From an uncultured Ignavibacteriales bacterium (GTDB lineage: Bacteria > Zixibacteria > MSB-5A5 > GN15 > FEB-12), in contig CAYXJN010000002.1 in the NCBI GenBank assembly GCA_964464605.1, positions 124,001 through 188,000 on the forward strand: a stretch of 64,000 nt of DNA. Direction: 5' to 3'. Below are positions 17,765 through 28,925 of the stretch, in pieces. Each line of letters begins with the position of its first letter. Positions within the stretch are counted from its first letter, which is position 1. The translations under genes were made by a program, and so were the position numbers. A model generated the notes under the pieces. The model was given only the letters and a program-made list of their open reading frames with translations. It was not told where the DNA came from and did not search any database.

Positions 17765-19708
17765 TCAGGAACGCGTAAAAACAAGGATTCCCAGCGGCGG
17801 CAGGGTAAGAATCAAAGACTGATCATACCCGTGGCTCCCGCGTGATTCGGTTTGCAAGGCTCCGCCGTTGCCGACATCTGTTCCACCGTATATTGAAGCG
17901 TCGCTGTTTAGCGCTTCCCGCCAAAGTCCTGCCGATGGGACACCGAGCCGGTATTGCTCCCTCGACACCGGCGTGAAATTAGCAACTATCAGCAGCGTAT
18001 CCTGCTCTGTTTCACCGAATCTGAGCCAACCGACAATACTTTGCTGCCAATCTTCGCAATCGATCCAGCGAAATCCGGCTGGCTCAAAATCACGGGTATG
18101 GAGTCCAATTTCTGACCGGTACAAGTGGTTCAAGTCCCGAACCCAAGTTTGGATGCCCTGATGGTCGGCGTACTGCAACAGATGCCATTCCAGACTATGC
18201 TCATGATTCCACTCCGCTCGCTGGGCAAACTCCCCTCCCATGAACAATAGCTTCTTCCCCGGATGGGTGAACATATACCCCAAAAGCAGGCGTAGATTCG
18301 CAAATTTCTGCCAGTCATCCCCCGGCATTTTGCCGATTAACGAACCCTTGCCATGCACCACTTCGTCGTGTGACAACGGCAAAACGAAATTCTCAAAGAA
18401 AGCATACCAAATGCTGAAGGTTATCTGATTATGATGATGTTTCCGATAAACCGGGTCCTTTGACATGTAGACCAGCGTGTCATGCATCCATCCCATATTC
18501 CATTTCATCCCGAAACCAAGTCCACCCATCGACACTGGCCGGGAAACCATCGGCCAGGCGGTTGATTCTTCCGCGATCATCTGAACATCCGGAAATCTTT
18601 CATAAATCAACTGATTGCACTGACGAATAAACTCAAGCGCTTCCAGATTTTCGCGCCCACCCTGCCGATTCGGAATCCACTCTCCCGTCTGCCGGGAATA
18701 ATCCAAGTAAAGCATTGAAGCAACGGCATCGACGCGTAACCCATCAGCATGATATTTATCTAACCAAAACAGTGCGCTGCTGGTCAAAAATGAACGGACT
18801 TCGTGGCGATCATAATTGAAGATCGAGCTTTTCCAGTCGGGATGGTACCCTTGCTTTGGATCGGCATGCTCGAATAAGTGAGTGCCGTCGAAATAAGCCA
18901 GTCCATGTTCATCCGCTGGAAAATGTGAGGGTACCCAGTCGAGAATGACGCCTATTCCCTGTTGGTGCAGATAATCGATAAGGGACATAAAATCCTGCGG
19001 TGTGCCGTATCGACTGGACGGGGCAAAATAACCGACGGTCTGATATCCCCATGACCCATAAAACGGATGCTCCATAACGGGCAGAAATTCAACATGCGTA
19101 AAACCCATCATCTTGACATACTCGGCAAGCGGTTGCGCTAATTCTTGGCAGGAGAGTAATCGGCTTGGATCGCGGGGATCACGTCGCCAGGAACCGAGAT
19201 GTACTTCATAAACCGACATCGGTGCACGGAGATCGTTCTGCCGCTTCCGTTCTCCCATCCACATCTCATCATGCCAGTGGTAATCCAATGACCAGACTTT
19301 TGAACCGGTACGCGGCGGCAGCTCCCACCAGAACGCGAACGGGTCTCCCTTATCGACACGGTAATTGTTGTGGTGGGAGACAATATGATATTTATAAATC
19401 TCACCGGATGAAATGCCAGGGATGAACCCTTCCCAAATTCCGGAACCATCCCAGCGCACACCCAACGGATGAGCCACCGGATTCCAGCCGTTAAAATCGC
19501 CAATGACAGCTACCGACTTGGCCGCCGGCGCCCACACGGAAAAGAGCGCTCCTTTTGTCCCCTCATGTTCAATTTGATGTGAACCCAATTTGTCGTACAA
19601 ATTCGCGTGACGACCCTGCCTGAACAGATGCAGATCGAAATCGGTCAGACGGCTGATGCCGTGTACAACCGAACCGACTGCTGAAGGCTTGGAAACTGAT
19701 TTGGGCAT
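17765..19708 (-). CDS. glgB: 1,4-alpha-glucan branching enzyme
   Basis: [45 protein letters not shown]. Confidence 0.97.
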   Translation of the reverse strand: MPKSVSKPSAVGSVVHGISRLTDFDLHLFRQGRHANLYDKLGSHQIEHEGTKGALFSVWAPAAKSVAVIGDFNGWNPVAHPLGVRWDGSGIWEGFIPGISSGEIYKYHIVSHHNNYRVDKGDPFAFWWELPPRTGSKVWSLDYHWHDEMWMGERKRQNDLRAPMSVYEVHLGSWRRDPRDPSRLLSCQELAQPLAEYVKMMGFTHVEFLPVMEHPFYGSWGYQTVGYFAPSSRYGTPQDFMSLIDYLHQQGIGVILDWVPSHFPADEHGLAYFDGTHLFEHADPKQGYHPDWKSSIFNYDRHEVRSFLTSSALFWLDKYHADGLRVDAVASMLYLDYSRQTGEWIPNRQGGRENLEALEFIRQCNQLIYERFPDVQMIAEESTAWPMVSRPVSMGGLGFGMKWNMGWMHDTLVYMSKDPVYRKHHHNQITFSIWYAFFENFVLPLSHDEVVHGKGSLIGKMPGDDWQKFANLRLLLGYMFTHPGKKLLFMGGEFAQRAEWNHEHSLEWHLLQYADHQGIQTWVRDLNHLYRSEIGLHTRDFEPAGFRWIDCEDWQQSIVGWLRFGETEQDTLLIVANFTPVSREQYRLGVPSAGLWREALNSDASIYGGTDVGNGGALQTESRGSHGYDQSLILTLPPLGILVFTRS

Positions 19709-19781
19709 ACCGGGAATATCGCACAGCAAGCAGGCAGGCTCAAGATTTGATTTTATGTGAATAACTGACTATTCTTTCGTC

Positions 19782-20327
19782 ATGGAACAGCAAGTCCGGG
19801 CGCTTTTCATAAGCGAAGCAGTTTTCGAGTTCGAGAAAATGAAAAAACTCGCTGAAGGAGCATTAGCACAAATTAGCGATGATGACTTTTTCCGGCTGAT
19901 CGACAATGAGTCGAACAGCATCGCCCTGATTATCAAGCATATAGTCGGTAATATGCGTTCCCGCTGGACCGATTTTCTGACCAGCGACGGTGAAAAACCG
20001 TGGAGAAACCGGGATTCCGAGTTTGTTATCACTTCTCAAGACACTCGTACCTCCCTCATGCAGGGTTGGGAAACGAGCTGGCAGTTAGTAATAAGCACTA
20101 TCAAAAATCTTCAGCCGGATGACCTGTTAAAAGAAATCACCATTCGCGGTGAAAAGCATGTAGTACTCAAAGCCATTAACCGACAGTTAACACACTATTC
20201 CTATCATGTCGGGCAAATCGTGTTTCTGGCAAAACATCTAAAATCAGATAACTGGACATCGCTCAGTATTCCGAAAGGAAAATCGGAGGAGAAAAACAAA
20301 GCAATGTTCGGCAAGTATCACAAATAA
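19782..20327 (+). CDS. DUF1572 / DinB-superfamily protein
   Basis: NSIALIIKH..GNMRSRWTDFLTSDGEK.WR.RD.EF; HY.YHVGQIV. Confidence 0.88.
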   Translation: MEQQVRALFISEAVFEFEKMKKLAEGALAQISDDDFFRLIDNESNSIALIIKHIVGNMRSRWTDFLTSDGEKPWRNRDSEFVITSQDTRTSLMQGWETSWQLVISTIKNLQPDDLLKEITIRGEKHVVLKAINRQLTHYSYHVGQIVFLAKHLKSDNWTSLSIPKGKSEEKNKAMFGKYHK

Positions 20328-20353
20328 AAAAGGCCGCTGTAAAGCGGCCTTTT
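20326..20353. terminator. Bidirectional intrinsic terminator
   Basis: AAAAGGCCGCT/AGCGGCCTTTT. Confidence 0.8.
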
Positions 20354-20373
20354 CATTTTCAATCAAACTCGTA

Positions 20374-22623
20374 TTAGATAAACAGCGGCGCCATCACGAG
20401 CGTGATAGTCGACAACAGTTTGATCAACACGTGCAGCGACGGACCGGCAGTATCCTTAAACGGATCACCAACCGTGTCACCGACAACAGCAGCGCCGTGA
20501 ACGGGATTCTTCGCCTTGCTGCCGTCAGGAAGGGTCAGGTACTTACCGCCGTGAGCGCCGGTTTCGACATATTTCTTGGCGTTATCCCAAGCACCGCCGG
20601 CGTTGTTTAAGAACAACGCGGCTAAAATACCACCGATAGTACCGACCATAAGCATAGCGGCGACCGATTCAGCGGCAATCAGCTTATCACCTTCAGAGAT
20701 GAAGGCACGGAACAAAAGACCAACCACAATCGGCGCACCGACGACCAACACGCCCGGAAGCACCATCTGGCGCAGAGCGGATTTGGTAACGATATCGACG
20801 CAGGCGCCGTAATCGGGACGAAAATCATCGGGGAACTGGATAATATCGTTCTTGCGGGTCAGCTTCGAATACTGACGGCGAACTTCACCGATAATCGACT
20901 GTGCCGCTCTTCCCACCGCACGAATACAGAGGGCAGAGAACAGGAACACTAACATACAACCCAAAAGGGCACCGACGAACACGACCGGTTTGGAAAGGTT
21001 AACCGAGAAGGCATGCCCATGTCCCATACCGGCGTAGTTCATGACTTCATCCATATACGCCTGGAACAACAGGAAAGCAGCAAGACCGGCAGAACCGATT
21101 GCGTACCCTTTGGTGAGCGCTTTAGTCGTGTTACCGACTGAATCTAAGCGGTCAGTACGTTCACGAATTTCATGTGGCTGACCGGACATTTCAACGATAC
21201 CACCTGCGTTATCCGTAATCGGACCAAAGGTATCCATAGCCAAAATATAGGCCGCTGTTGCAAGCATACCCATCGTCGCCACAGCCGTACCGAACAAACC
21301 GCCGTTAATGGCGTATCCTTCCGGAAATGCATTCACGCCGAGATAGTATGAGATCAGCAGGGCCGCGCCCATCACGATAACCGGCAAGGCGGTCGATTCA
21401 AAACCGACGGCAACGCCGGAAATGATATTGGTAGCCGGACCGGTAGTGGATGCTTCCGCGATCTCTTTAACAGGACGATACCGGTATTCAGTGTAGTATT
21501 GCGTGATAAACACAAAAAGAACCGAGGTAACAACCCCGACAATACCACAGAGCAGGAAATGCCACCAGGCATCCGGCGCTTCCGATGAACCGAGCAGCCA
21601 GTAGGCGGCGGCACCGAAGGCGATCATTGCGAGAAAAGAAGCAAAGAAATATCCGCGATTGAGCGCAACCATCGGATCTTCGGATTCATTTTTCAATTTT
21701 ACGGAAACGATACCGACAATCGAAGCCACAATACCAAAAGCACGGGCAACGAGCGGGAACATCATTACGCCCAACACACCGGCGGTAAAATTAACACCGG
21801 CCTGTGCGGCGGCTGAGGCCAATGTAGCGGCAAGAATCATCGCACCGATATTTTCAGCGGCGGTAGATTCGAACAAGTCAGCACCACGACCGGCGCAGTC
21901 ACCGACATTATCACCAACCAAGTCAGCAATAACAGCCGGATTACGGGGATCATCTTCCGGAATACCGGCTTCTACCTTACCGACAAGATCCGCACCCACG
22001 TCAGCCGCTTTGGTATAAATACCGCCGCCAACCTGAGCAAAGAGCGCAACAAATGAAGCGCCGAAGCCGTAACCGACGATCAAAAGCGGAATTTTAACCG
22101 GTTCAATATCAGTAAAGAACGTTACGGCAGCATATAAACCCGCGACGCCCAAAAGCGACATCGCAACGACTAATAAGCCGGATACTGCGCCGCCGCGAAG
22201 CGCAACGCGCATAGCATCATTCAAACTGGTCAAAGCAGCGGAAGCAGTACGAATGTTCGAACGAATCGACACCCACATACCAACATACCCTGCAACCAGT
22301 GAGCAGAGCGCTCCGAGAATGAAGGAGATCGTTATCCAGCCTGCCAAGGCCATGGCCGAATCGACCGGGTCAAACGGTTTCGGTGAACGGACAACTCCGT
22401 ATCCAATAAACAATAGCGCCGCTACCAAGAGTGATAACAGAAAAATCGTTTTGTTCTGGCGGCGCATGAACGCTTCCGCCCCATCCTTAATCGCATTGGA
22501 AATAGACTGCATCTTTTCGGTACCGATACCGCGGGACAATACCCAGCGAGCCAACCAGACCGAAGCGAGCAATCCGATAATGCTAAATACAAAAATCAGT
22601 CCTAATAACGAGGACTCACCCAT
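20374..22623 (-). CDS. hppA: Membrane-bound pyrophosphatase, K+-independent type
   Basis: DVGADLVGKVE, DNVGD, GDTVGDPFKD; GNTTKA (Lys form). Confidence 0.96.
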   Translation of the reverse strand: MGESSLLGLIFVFSIIGLLASVWLARWVLSRGIGTEKMQSISNAIKDGAEAFMRRQNKTIFLLSLLVAALLFIGYGVVRSPKPFDPVDSAMALAGWITISFILGALCSLVAGYVGMWVSIRSNIRTASAALTSLNDAMRVALRGGAVSGLLVVAMSLLGVAGLYAAVTFFTDIEPVKIPLLIVGYGFGASFVALFAQVGGGIYTKAADVGADLVGKVEAGIPEDDPRNPAVIADLVGDNVGDCAGRGADLFESTAAENIGAMILAATLASAAAQAGVNFTAGVLGVMMFPLVARAFGIVASIVGIVSVKLKNESEDPMVALNRGYFFASFLAMIAFGAAAYWLLGSSEAPDAWWHFLLCGIVGVVTSVLFVFITQYYTEYRYRPVKEIAEASTTGPATNIISGVAVGFESTALPVIVMGAALLISYYLGVNAFPEGYAINGGLFGTAVATMGMLATAAYILAMDTFGPITDNAGGIVEMSGQPHEIRERTDRLDSVGNTTKALTKGYAIGSAGLAAFLLFQAYMDEVMNYAGMGHGHAFSVNLSKPVVFVGALLGCMLVFLFSALCIRAVGRAAQSIIGEVRRQYSKLTRKNDIIQFPDDFRPDYGACVDIVTKSALRQMVLPGVLVVGAPIVVGLLFRAFISEGDKLIAAESVAAMLMVGTIGGILAALFLNNAGGAWDNAKKYVETGAHGGKYLTLPDGSKAKNPVHGAAVVGDTVGDPFKDTAGPSLHVLIKLLSTITLVMAPLFI

Positions 22624-22786
22624 GAGAAGCTCCTTCTGCTAACAGGTTTATATGACCATCACTTATTTTTCATTAACATGATGAGGCTGCGCGGGTGTGT
22701 ACAGTGCACTTCCCTGCGTTTCAGACAAGCAGGCATCACCTGCTTTCACCTATCATCTCTTGATGTCCGGAATTGCGTTAAAAAAG

Positions 22787-22869
22787 TGGTGGGGGAAGGA
22801 TTCGAACCTTCGAAGGCGTTAGCCGACAGATTTACAGTCTGTTCCCGTTGGCCACTTGGGTACCCCACC
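22787..22869 (-). tRNA. tRNA-Tyr (anticodon GTA)
   Basis: GGTGGGG/CCCCACC acceptor stem, CT-GTA-AA loop, variable arm, GGTTCGAATCC. Confidence 0.97.
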
Positions 22870-23023
22870 ATGGAGTCAAATCAAGCTATGCGGCGTACCG
22901 CATATAAGGCAATTTTCGGCCAATTTCCGGACTTTTCAAGGCGGCCATGATACAGCCATAACGAGTAAAAAGCAACGGAAAAATGCCGTCGAAACTATAA
23001 ATACAACAAGGGGTTATCAGTAA

Positions 23024-24082
23024 TTATACGACTTCTTTTTGGGCTAAAATGCGAGCCATGCGGGAAATCGGCTCCGGAAGCCGTACCTGAGCGCTCTCTT
23101 GTTTAGCTTCTACTTCCCCATTTTCAAGCCGTTTGAAAACTGTGGCAAGCAGGATAAGTGTGCCCATGACAAAGAGCGCAGCCATCCCGGCGAAGAGCAC
23201 CCAGACGAGCCGCTTCGGACCGGATTTAACGGTCGGAACGGAAGGGGCATCCAAGACCTGAACAATCGGAATATCCTTTTGTGCATCAAATTTAGCGATC
23301 TCATACTGCTGATTCAAAAAGAGCACGGCGGAAGAACGCACCTCTATCTCACGCTGTAAACGGGCGATTCCTTTGACGATTTCCGGATTGGTAGTCGCAG
23401 CCCAGTCACGGTTTTCAGCCTGAAACTGTTCGAGATTATCTTCAGCGGTTGCTAATTGTGCATTCTGTTCCTGAAGTTGGCGGTTCAGATAATCGGCATT
23501 CAGTTTCCCCTGAGAGCGGCGCTTGTACATGTTGTACTTTTCCAACTCATTGAGGTATTCCTGTGCTATTGCCTGCGACAACATCGGGATTTCGGTTTCG
23601 ACACTGAGTGATACCACTCCCGTTTTCCGTTCAGTGGAAACACCAGTGATACCGGTCAAGGCTTCCCGTAATTTGTCGGGATTTTCTTCGTTAAAGTATT
23701 CAGCGAGAGTCAATGAGCCGGTCTCGATGGTAAAGCGATGGTTTAACAAAGCATCCTGCACTGTGCGTGAGTAAAGAATCGTCGGGAAAAGTTCAGAGGA
23801 ATTTTCACTCGATGATCCTCCCCCCTTGATTCCGGCCAATGCTTTTAGATCGGCGAATTTATCACCGGTGCTGGTCGGCAGGATGATAGCGGTTGAAGCA
23901 TATTTATTGGGCACCAGAAAAAGCAGCCCAGCGGTTACCACAGCAACGGTGAAAGAAGTAACGGTGATTAGTTTCCTGCGTGACCAGAGAATAGCAAACA
24001 GATCAAAGCCGCTCATCGCGGCAAAGAGTGAGCTTTCCCGGGCGTTTCCGGTTTCTTCGTTTTTCTGTAAAGTCAGCTTCAT
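23024..24082 (-). CDS. Polysaccharide chain-length determinant (Wzz/GNVR domain)
   Basis: Two TM helices flanking a coiled coil; VLDAPSVP..KSGPKR. Confidence 0.85.
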   Translation of the reverse strand: MKLTLQKNEETGNARESSLFAAMSGFDLFAILWSRRKLITVTSFTVAVVTAGLLFLVPNKYASTAIILPTSTGDKFADLKALAGIKGGGSSSENSSELFPTILYSRTVQDALLNHRFTIETGSLTLAEYFNEENPDKLREALTGITGVSTERKTGVVSLSVETEIPMLSQAIAQEYLNELEKYNMYKRRSQGKLNADYLNRQLQEQNAQLATAEDNLEQFQAENRDWAATTNPEIVKGIARLQREIEVRSSAVLFLNQQYEIAKFDAQKDIPIVQVLDAPSVPTVKSGPKRLVWVLFAGMAALFVMGTLILLATVFKRLENGEVEAKQESAQVRLPEPISRMARILAQKEVV

Positions 24083-24173
24083 GCTATTTTCCTATTCACT
24101 TACTTATCAAATCACGTGCCGCTTTTGGGTGTTGACTAACGTATGGTTTCGCATTGTCGGACAACAGCTTTTG

Positions 24174-25376
24174 CTATTCAACAACAACCAGATCTTCGGT
24201 GGCCGGAAATTCCTTCCTGAACACGCCGTCATTTGTTTCCGCTTTTGTTGCTAAGCGATATTGCGGGTTTTGGCCCCTAGCGAGCTGGTAATAGGCTTCA
24301 GAAACCGCATCCCAACTGTAATGGGACGTAACCCGGTTAAACAATTGGGAGCGTTGCTCCGCTTGTTTTAGCACGGTTCGCAAATCATTGGCAATGGTAT
24401 CGGTCGTAAAGTAAAATCCGGTTTCGGCTAACGCTTCCCTGCTGAACGGGGATTCGATCGCCAGCACGCGAGGGCAGCAGGCCATAGCCTCAAGCAATGC
24501 GGGATTTGTTCCGCCGACTGAGTTGCCATGAACATAACAGAAACAGTTTTGCCGTAACGCCGCTAAGATTTCTGCATCGTAGATTGCATTCAGAATGCGA
24601 ATACCGTTTTGCCCATCGTGTGATTTGATTTCAAGACTATAGGATGATTGATGGCTGAATCCCACGAGTACCATTTGGTAACCCTGCTGCGCTAAGTTGG
24701 CGTCAACAAATCCCTGTACGACGTTCAATGGTAAATTGTCCGGCTCGAAGCGGGTTATTTGCAGGAAGTATTTTTGCCGCTCCAGATTAAGGGAAGCAAG
24801 AATTCCGTTGCGATTTTCTTGCGACAACTGTGGAATTGTAGGTGAACCATATGGAATGAAATGCGAATCGGCAGCAAATGTCTGACGATAGAAATTCTGA
24901 ATACCGATAGAGTCAGCTATCAATGATTTTGAAATTTTAGCGATAACAAATGACGCTAACCAATAATACAGTTTAAACGGCCATGACCATTTCGCCCGGC
25001 GCCATTCTAGCCCGTCGGTGTTAACCGAAAAAGGAATCCGGCTTAGCCACGTGAGCAAAATTCCCGGCAGGTTGGCATTATTGAACCAGAAAACATGCGC
25101 GTATTCCCGGCGATGCTTGAACAGATACCAGCCGGTTTGAATCGACGAGACAAACGTATCGAGCGAACGAACAGTGCTGCCCTTAACGTACACAAGTGAA
25201 CGCCCCTCAAACGAGGTTCTCGCTTCTTCGGTCGAGGAATACCGGCAAAATACTTCACAGATGACGCCGTTCGTGGTCATTCGTTTGGTAATTTCATCCA
25301 CCGCTGTTTCAAACCCACCATACCGGGCAGGCAGGCCGCGGGTACCGCAAAATGCGATTTTCGGCTGGTCAGGCAT
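24174..25376 (-). CDS. GT4 glycosyltransferase with DUF1972-type N-terminus
   Basis: GTRGLPARYGGFET, NTDGLEWRRAKW, VGGTNPALLEAM. Confidence 0.9.
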   Translation of the reverse strand: MPDQPKIAFCGTRGLPARYGGFETAVDEITKRMTTNGVICEVFCRYSSTEEARTSFEGRSLVYVKGSTVRSLDTFVSSIQTGWYLFKHRREYAHVFWFNNANLPGILLTWLSRIPFSVNTDGLEWRRAKWSWPFKLYYWLASFVIAKISKSLIADSIGIQNFYRQTFAADSHFIPYGSPTIPQLSQENRNGILASLNLERQKYFLQITRFEPDNLPLNVVQGFVDANLAQQGYQMVLVGFSHQSSYSLEIKSHDGQNGIRILNAIYDAEILAALRQNCFCYVHGNSVGGTNPALLEAMACCPRVLAIESPFSREALAETGFYFTTDTIANDLRTVLKQAEQRSQLFNRVTSHYSWDAVSEAYYQLARGQNPQYRLATKAETNDGVFRKEFPATEDLVVVE

Positions 25377-25382
25377 AATTGC

Positions 25383-26513
25383 CTAACGGGCTAATTGTGC
25401 GGAGGAAGTATAAAGCGGCTCCAATTCGGAAAGCGCCTTGATGTATCGTTCGGCTGATTGTTTCCATGTCCATTCTTGTATGCGTTGTATCCCGCAGTCA
25501 ATAAGCGAAGCTTGCAATGCCGAATCACCAAGAACTTTTAGGATAGCGGCAGTCAATTCTTCGCTGTTTTTCGGATCGATCTGTATCGTCGCGCCGGTGG
25601 TGGTTTCTTTGAGCGCGGTTGAATTGGAGGTTATAACCGGTACGCCGGAAGCCATCGCTTCAAGCGGCGGTATCCCGAACCCTTCGGCATATGATGGATA
25701 GACAAACAGCGAAGCTGCCCGGTACAAATGGGAAAGCATTCCCTGATCGGCGGCTTCAATCAACCGGACATGCGTATTGAACGGCTTTTGATTAAGCATG
25801 GTAAGCAACGCTTCAAAACCAAAATCTCGCTGACCTACGATAACTAACTGAGGCAAATCCGGCCGAATCGCCAGCGCTTCTTTGTATGCCTGCAATAACC
25901 CCAAATGATTTTTGCGGGGTTCTAATCTTCCGACAGTAAGCAGGTAATCAGTAACGTCGAATTTTTTCTGAATAATTGCCTTCGATTCCGCTTTTCCATC
26001 CGGATTGAATTCTTTCATACTGACGCCGCTCGGGACAATGTGCATCCGCTCTTTAGGAATGCCATACCGCTCGGTCAGTTGTTCGCGGGTGTATTCTGAA
26101 CCGGCATGAATCTGTGTCGCGCTTGAAGCGGTGATGCGAACGAGCAGACGGTTGCGCATCCGTTCGGCCTTCGTGAAAAACTGCGGATGGGTTTCGAACA
26201 AAATATCGTGAATCGTTACGATCCGGTCGCAGGCAAGTTTTAACGGAGCGATATACGTACAGTGATAGCAATCGATATCATGTTCACGGATTAACGGCGC
26301 GGTTTGGTAGGTCATCCGCCGCCAGCGGGAGGTGGAATGAAAATCGATGTGCGGATATTCGCGGCCGAACGGCGTTGCACCATCCCAATGACCAAAAAAG
26401 CAGAACTCATGGTTCTGCTTTTGGTCGAGAATTGCTGAATAGATTTGCGTCAAATAGGTGCGTGATCCCTGATACTTCCCTGCCAGTACATGACAATCGA
26501 CACCAATCCGCAT
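25383..26513 (-). CDS. GT4 glycosyltransferase
   Basis: GRLEPRKN, FVYPSYAEGFGIPPLEAMASG. Confidence 0.93.
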   Translation of the reverse strand: MRIGVDCHVLAGKYQGSRTYLTQIYSAILDQKQNHEFCFFGHWDGATPFGREYPHIDFHSTSRWRRMTYQTAPLIREHDIDCYHCTYIAPLKLACDRIVTIHDILFETHPQFFTKAERMRNRLLVRITASSATQIHAGSEYTREQLTERYGIPKERMHIVPSGVSMKEFNPDGKAESKAIIQKKFDVTDYLLTVGRLEPRKNHLGLLQAYKEALAIRPDLPQLVIVGQRDFGFEALLTMLNQKPFNTHVRLIEAADQGMLSHLYRAASLFVYPSYAEGFGIPPLEAMASGVPVITSNSTALKETTTGATIQIDPKNSEELTAAILKVLGDSALQASLIDCGIQRIQEWTWKQSAERYIKALSELEPLYTSSAQLAR

Positions 26514-26519
26514 TCGTTG

Positions 26520-27815
26520 TTACCGGCCGGTAAAGACCGTTTTCCGTTTGGAAGCAAACGAGGAATTCGCCGCCAGCTCCCGCGCCCGTTCCTGCCAGTC
26601 GGATTCATAGTAATGCTTGCAGGCAAACACGAGGGTAACGAACCAGAACAACTGGGTATTGAAATTGGCGTTAAAAAGCATCGAAAGAAAAATCAAAAAG
26701 GGCAAACTGATCGCCTTCCGTGAAATCAGTTTTCGCAGGAAGTACAACACGGCGAAGGCGCCGAAGATACCGTAATCAAACAGGAACGACGGAACAAAAC
26801 CGAGATTGAGCACACCGGTTTTCGAATCCGGATTCAGATGGGCAAAATACGTGTCCGTAAAATATAGCTGCGACTGTCCGCCACCGTGACCGAGCCAGGT
26901 TTTCCAGTAGGTGAAATCAAGGTTCATCCAGTATTCGGCAAGCGGGACAATACGAATAGCAGAGCTGGAGTCGACTTCCTTAAGCACGTTCAAATCAGGA
27001 TTGCGAACCGCTTCCCAAAGGGAACCTAAACGTTCTATTCCCCCACCGGTCAACTGCAGATCAAACATGTACACGAGTCCGAGGAAACCGAAGCCGAAGG
27101 CAAGGGCTGCCCAGCTATACCGGCGAAACAGAAAATAGCTGCCGACCGCGGCAAACAGCAGATAGCCGTAAATCGACTGAATCAAGAGAATTTCAGCAAC
27201 AACCAGCGCTGTAATCGGCCAGCCCGCTTTTGTGCCTGTGTATTCAGATAATTTTAGATAGGCATACCAAGCGCAGATGACAATAAAGGCTGCATAGGAA
27301 GGTTCACTCGCGAAACCGCAGAAACGGGTCGCGGCAACACGGCGGTCAAACTCGGTACGGAAAATTTCGGAAAGCGCCGGCTCTTTGATATCGAACATAT
27401 ACAGAATCGCCGCGATAGCGATATTGATACCGAAAAGCGCAATCACCCAGCGCATCGCCCGGCGGAATGTTTCCGGCGGACAGACCGGCAGAATACTCAG
27501 GACAACTACGAGCAAACTCAAAAACATGAACGTGTAGCCGACCGAAGTCCACTTCACCGAGCCTGAGTTCAGGACCGTGGTTACTAAGACACAAAGCCCG
27601 ATTGCCCCCGCTATTTTGTAGTTCAGCGATAAGCGATACCAGATACCGGAAGAGATTGCCACCGGCAAAGAAAGGGCAAAGATGATCAGAAAAAGGGATA
27701 TGCCGGCTAATCCGGCATCGAAGAGAATCAGCTTGGTGAAAGACAGCGTCACTAAAAGCATGGTCAAAATTGCCGCTAATAGTGAACTGTCGTTAAGTAC
27801 TCCGGTTCGGTTCAT
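26520..27815 (-). CDS. Polytopic membrane protein, probable Wzy polymerase or ligase
   Basis: About 10-12 TM segments, R..GF.SEPS motif, located in the polysaccharide cluster. Confidence 0.7.
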   Translation of the reverse strand: MNRTGVLNDSSLLAAILTMLLVTLSFTKLILFDAGLAGISLFLIIFALSLPVAISSGIWYRLSLNYKIAGAIGLCVLVTTVLNSGSVKWTSVGYTFMFLSLLVVVLSILPVCPPETFRRAMRWVIALFGINIAIAAILYMFDIKEPALSEIFRTEFDRRVAATRFCGFASEPSYAAFIVICAWYAYLKLSEYTGTKAGWPITALVVAEILLIQSIYGYLLFAAVGSYFLFRRYSWAALAFGFGFLGLVYMFDLQLTGGGIERLGSLWEAVRNPDLNVLKEVDSSSAIRIVPLAEYWMNLDFTYWKTWLGHGGGQSQLYFTDTYFAHLNPDSKTGVLNLGFVPSFLFDYGIFGAFAVLYFLRKLISRKAISLPFLIFLSMLFNANFNTQLFWFVTLVFACKHYYESDWQERARELAANSSFASKRKTVFTGR

Positions 27816-27820
27816 TTACT

Positions 27821-28873
27821 TTACTCCAGCAAGTCCCAGGTTAGAGGGGTTCCCTTCTTAACATCGGCACGAGCGGTCTTCCCCATAACGACCTCGGCGT
27901 ACTTAGGCGGGAGACCAAACCCGGGGCGGATCACCCGAACATTCTCAGAACTGAATCGTTCTCCGGCTTTCATATCTTTTGAGATATAGAGTGAACGGCG
28001 AAACTGGAGTGATTTTTTTTCAGATTCAGTCGGCCCATAGCTGATTTTCCCCAGCGCCTGCCAAGCCCGAGTGGTCTCTTCGACCAATTGTTTCATTTCG
28101 GCCGGTTCAAGGGAAAAGGCGGAATCGACTCCTCCCTCAGCACGGGATAACGTAAAGTGTTTTTCGATAACGGTCGCCCCAAAGGCTACAGCGGCCACCG
28201 CTACTCCTGTACCCATCGTATGGTCAGACAAGCCGACTTCGGTACCGAACAGATCCCGCATATGCGCAATCGTCCGAACATTGCTGTTTTCCGGTGTAGC
28301 CGGGTAGGTGCTGGTACATTTCAGTAAAATTAATTCTTTGCATCCGGCTAACTGCGCGGTACGAACCGTTTCATCCAGTTCAGCCACTGTCGCCATACCG
28401 GTGGAAATAATCATCGGCTTACCGGTCGCAGCGACTTTTTTGATAAGCGGCAGGTCGGTATTTTCAAACGAAGCGACTTTGTACAGCGGCATATCGAGTG
28501 ATTCAAGAAAATCAACGGCAGTGGCATCGAACGGTGTGCTGAATCCGATCATCCCATGTTTGGCGCATCTATCGAAAATCGGCTTATGCCACTCCCACGG
28601 GGTATGCGCCTCCTGATACAAATCGTACAGGCTTCTCCCCTTCCATAAGCTGTTGGGATCAGTGATGCTGAATTCACGATCACGCAAATCAAGCGTCATC
28701 GTGTCTGCCGTATAGGTTTGGATTTTGAGAGCATCGACACCGGTTGCGGCAGCGGCGTCTACTATTTGCAATGCCCGATCAAGAGATTGATTATGGTTAC
28801 CGGACATCTCCGCGATAATAAACGGACTGTGAGCCTGCCCTATTAATTTTTGACCAACACGGATTTCTCGCAT
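27821..28873 (-). CDS. pseI: Pseudaminic acid synthase (NeuB family)
   Basis: IIAEMSGNHNQ, KIQTYTADTMT, GLSDHT, IEKHFTL, C-terminal SAF domain. Confidence 0.9.
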   Translation of the reverse strand: MREIRVGQKLIGQAHSPFIIAEMSGNHNQSLDRALQIVDAAAATGVDALKIQTYTADTMTLDLRDREFSITDPNSLWKGRSLYDLYQEAHTPWEWHKPIFDRCAKHGMIGFSTPFDATAVDFLESLDMPLYKVASFENTDLPLIKKVAATGKPMIISTGMATVAELDETVRTAQLAGCKELILLKCTSTYPATPENSNVRTIAHMRDLFGTEVGLSDHTMGTGVAVAAVAFGATVIEKHFTLSRAEGGVDSAFSLEPAEMKQLVEETTRAWQALGKISYGPTESEKKSLQFRRSLYISKDMKAGERFSSENVRVIRPGFGLPPKYAEVVMGKTARADVKKGTPLTWDLLE

Positions 28874-28925
28874 ACGAAAAACGTATGCGTCACGCCAAAG
28901 CGAACCAAGTTAAAACTTTGCGGAA

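Noticed and set aside
22678..22756. Hammerhead ribozyme
   Set aside because: GAAA and CTGA are present, but the CUGANGA core is incomplete.
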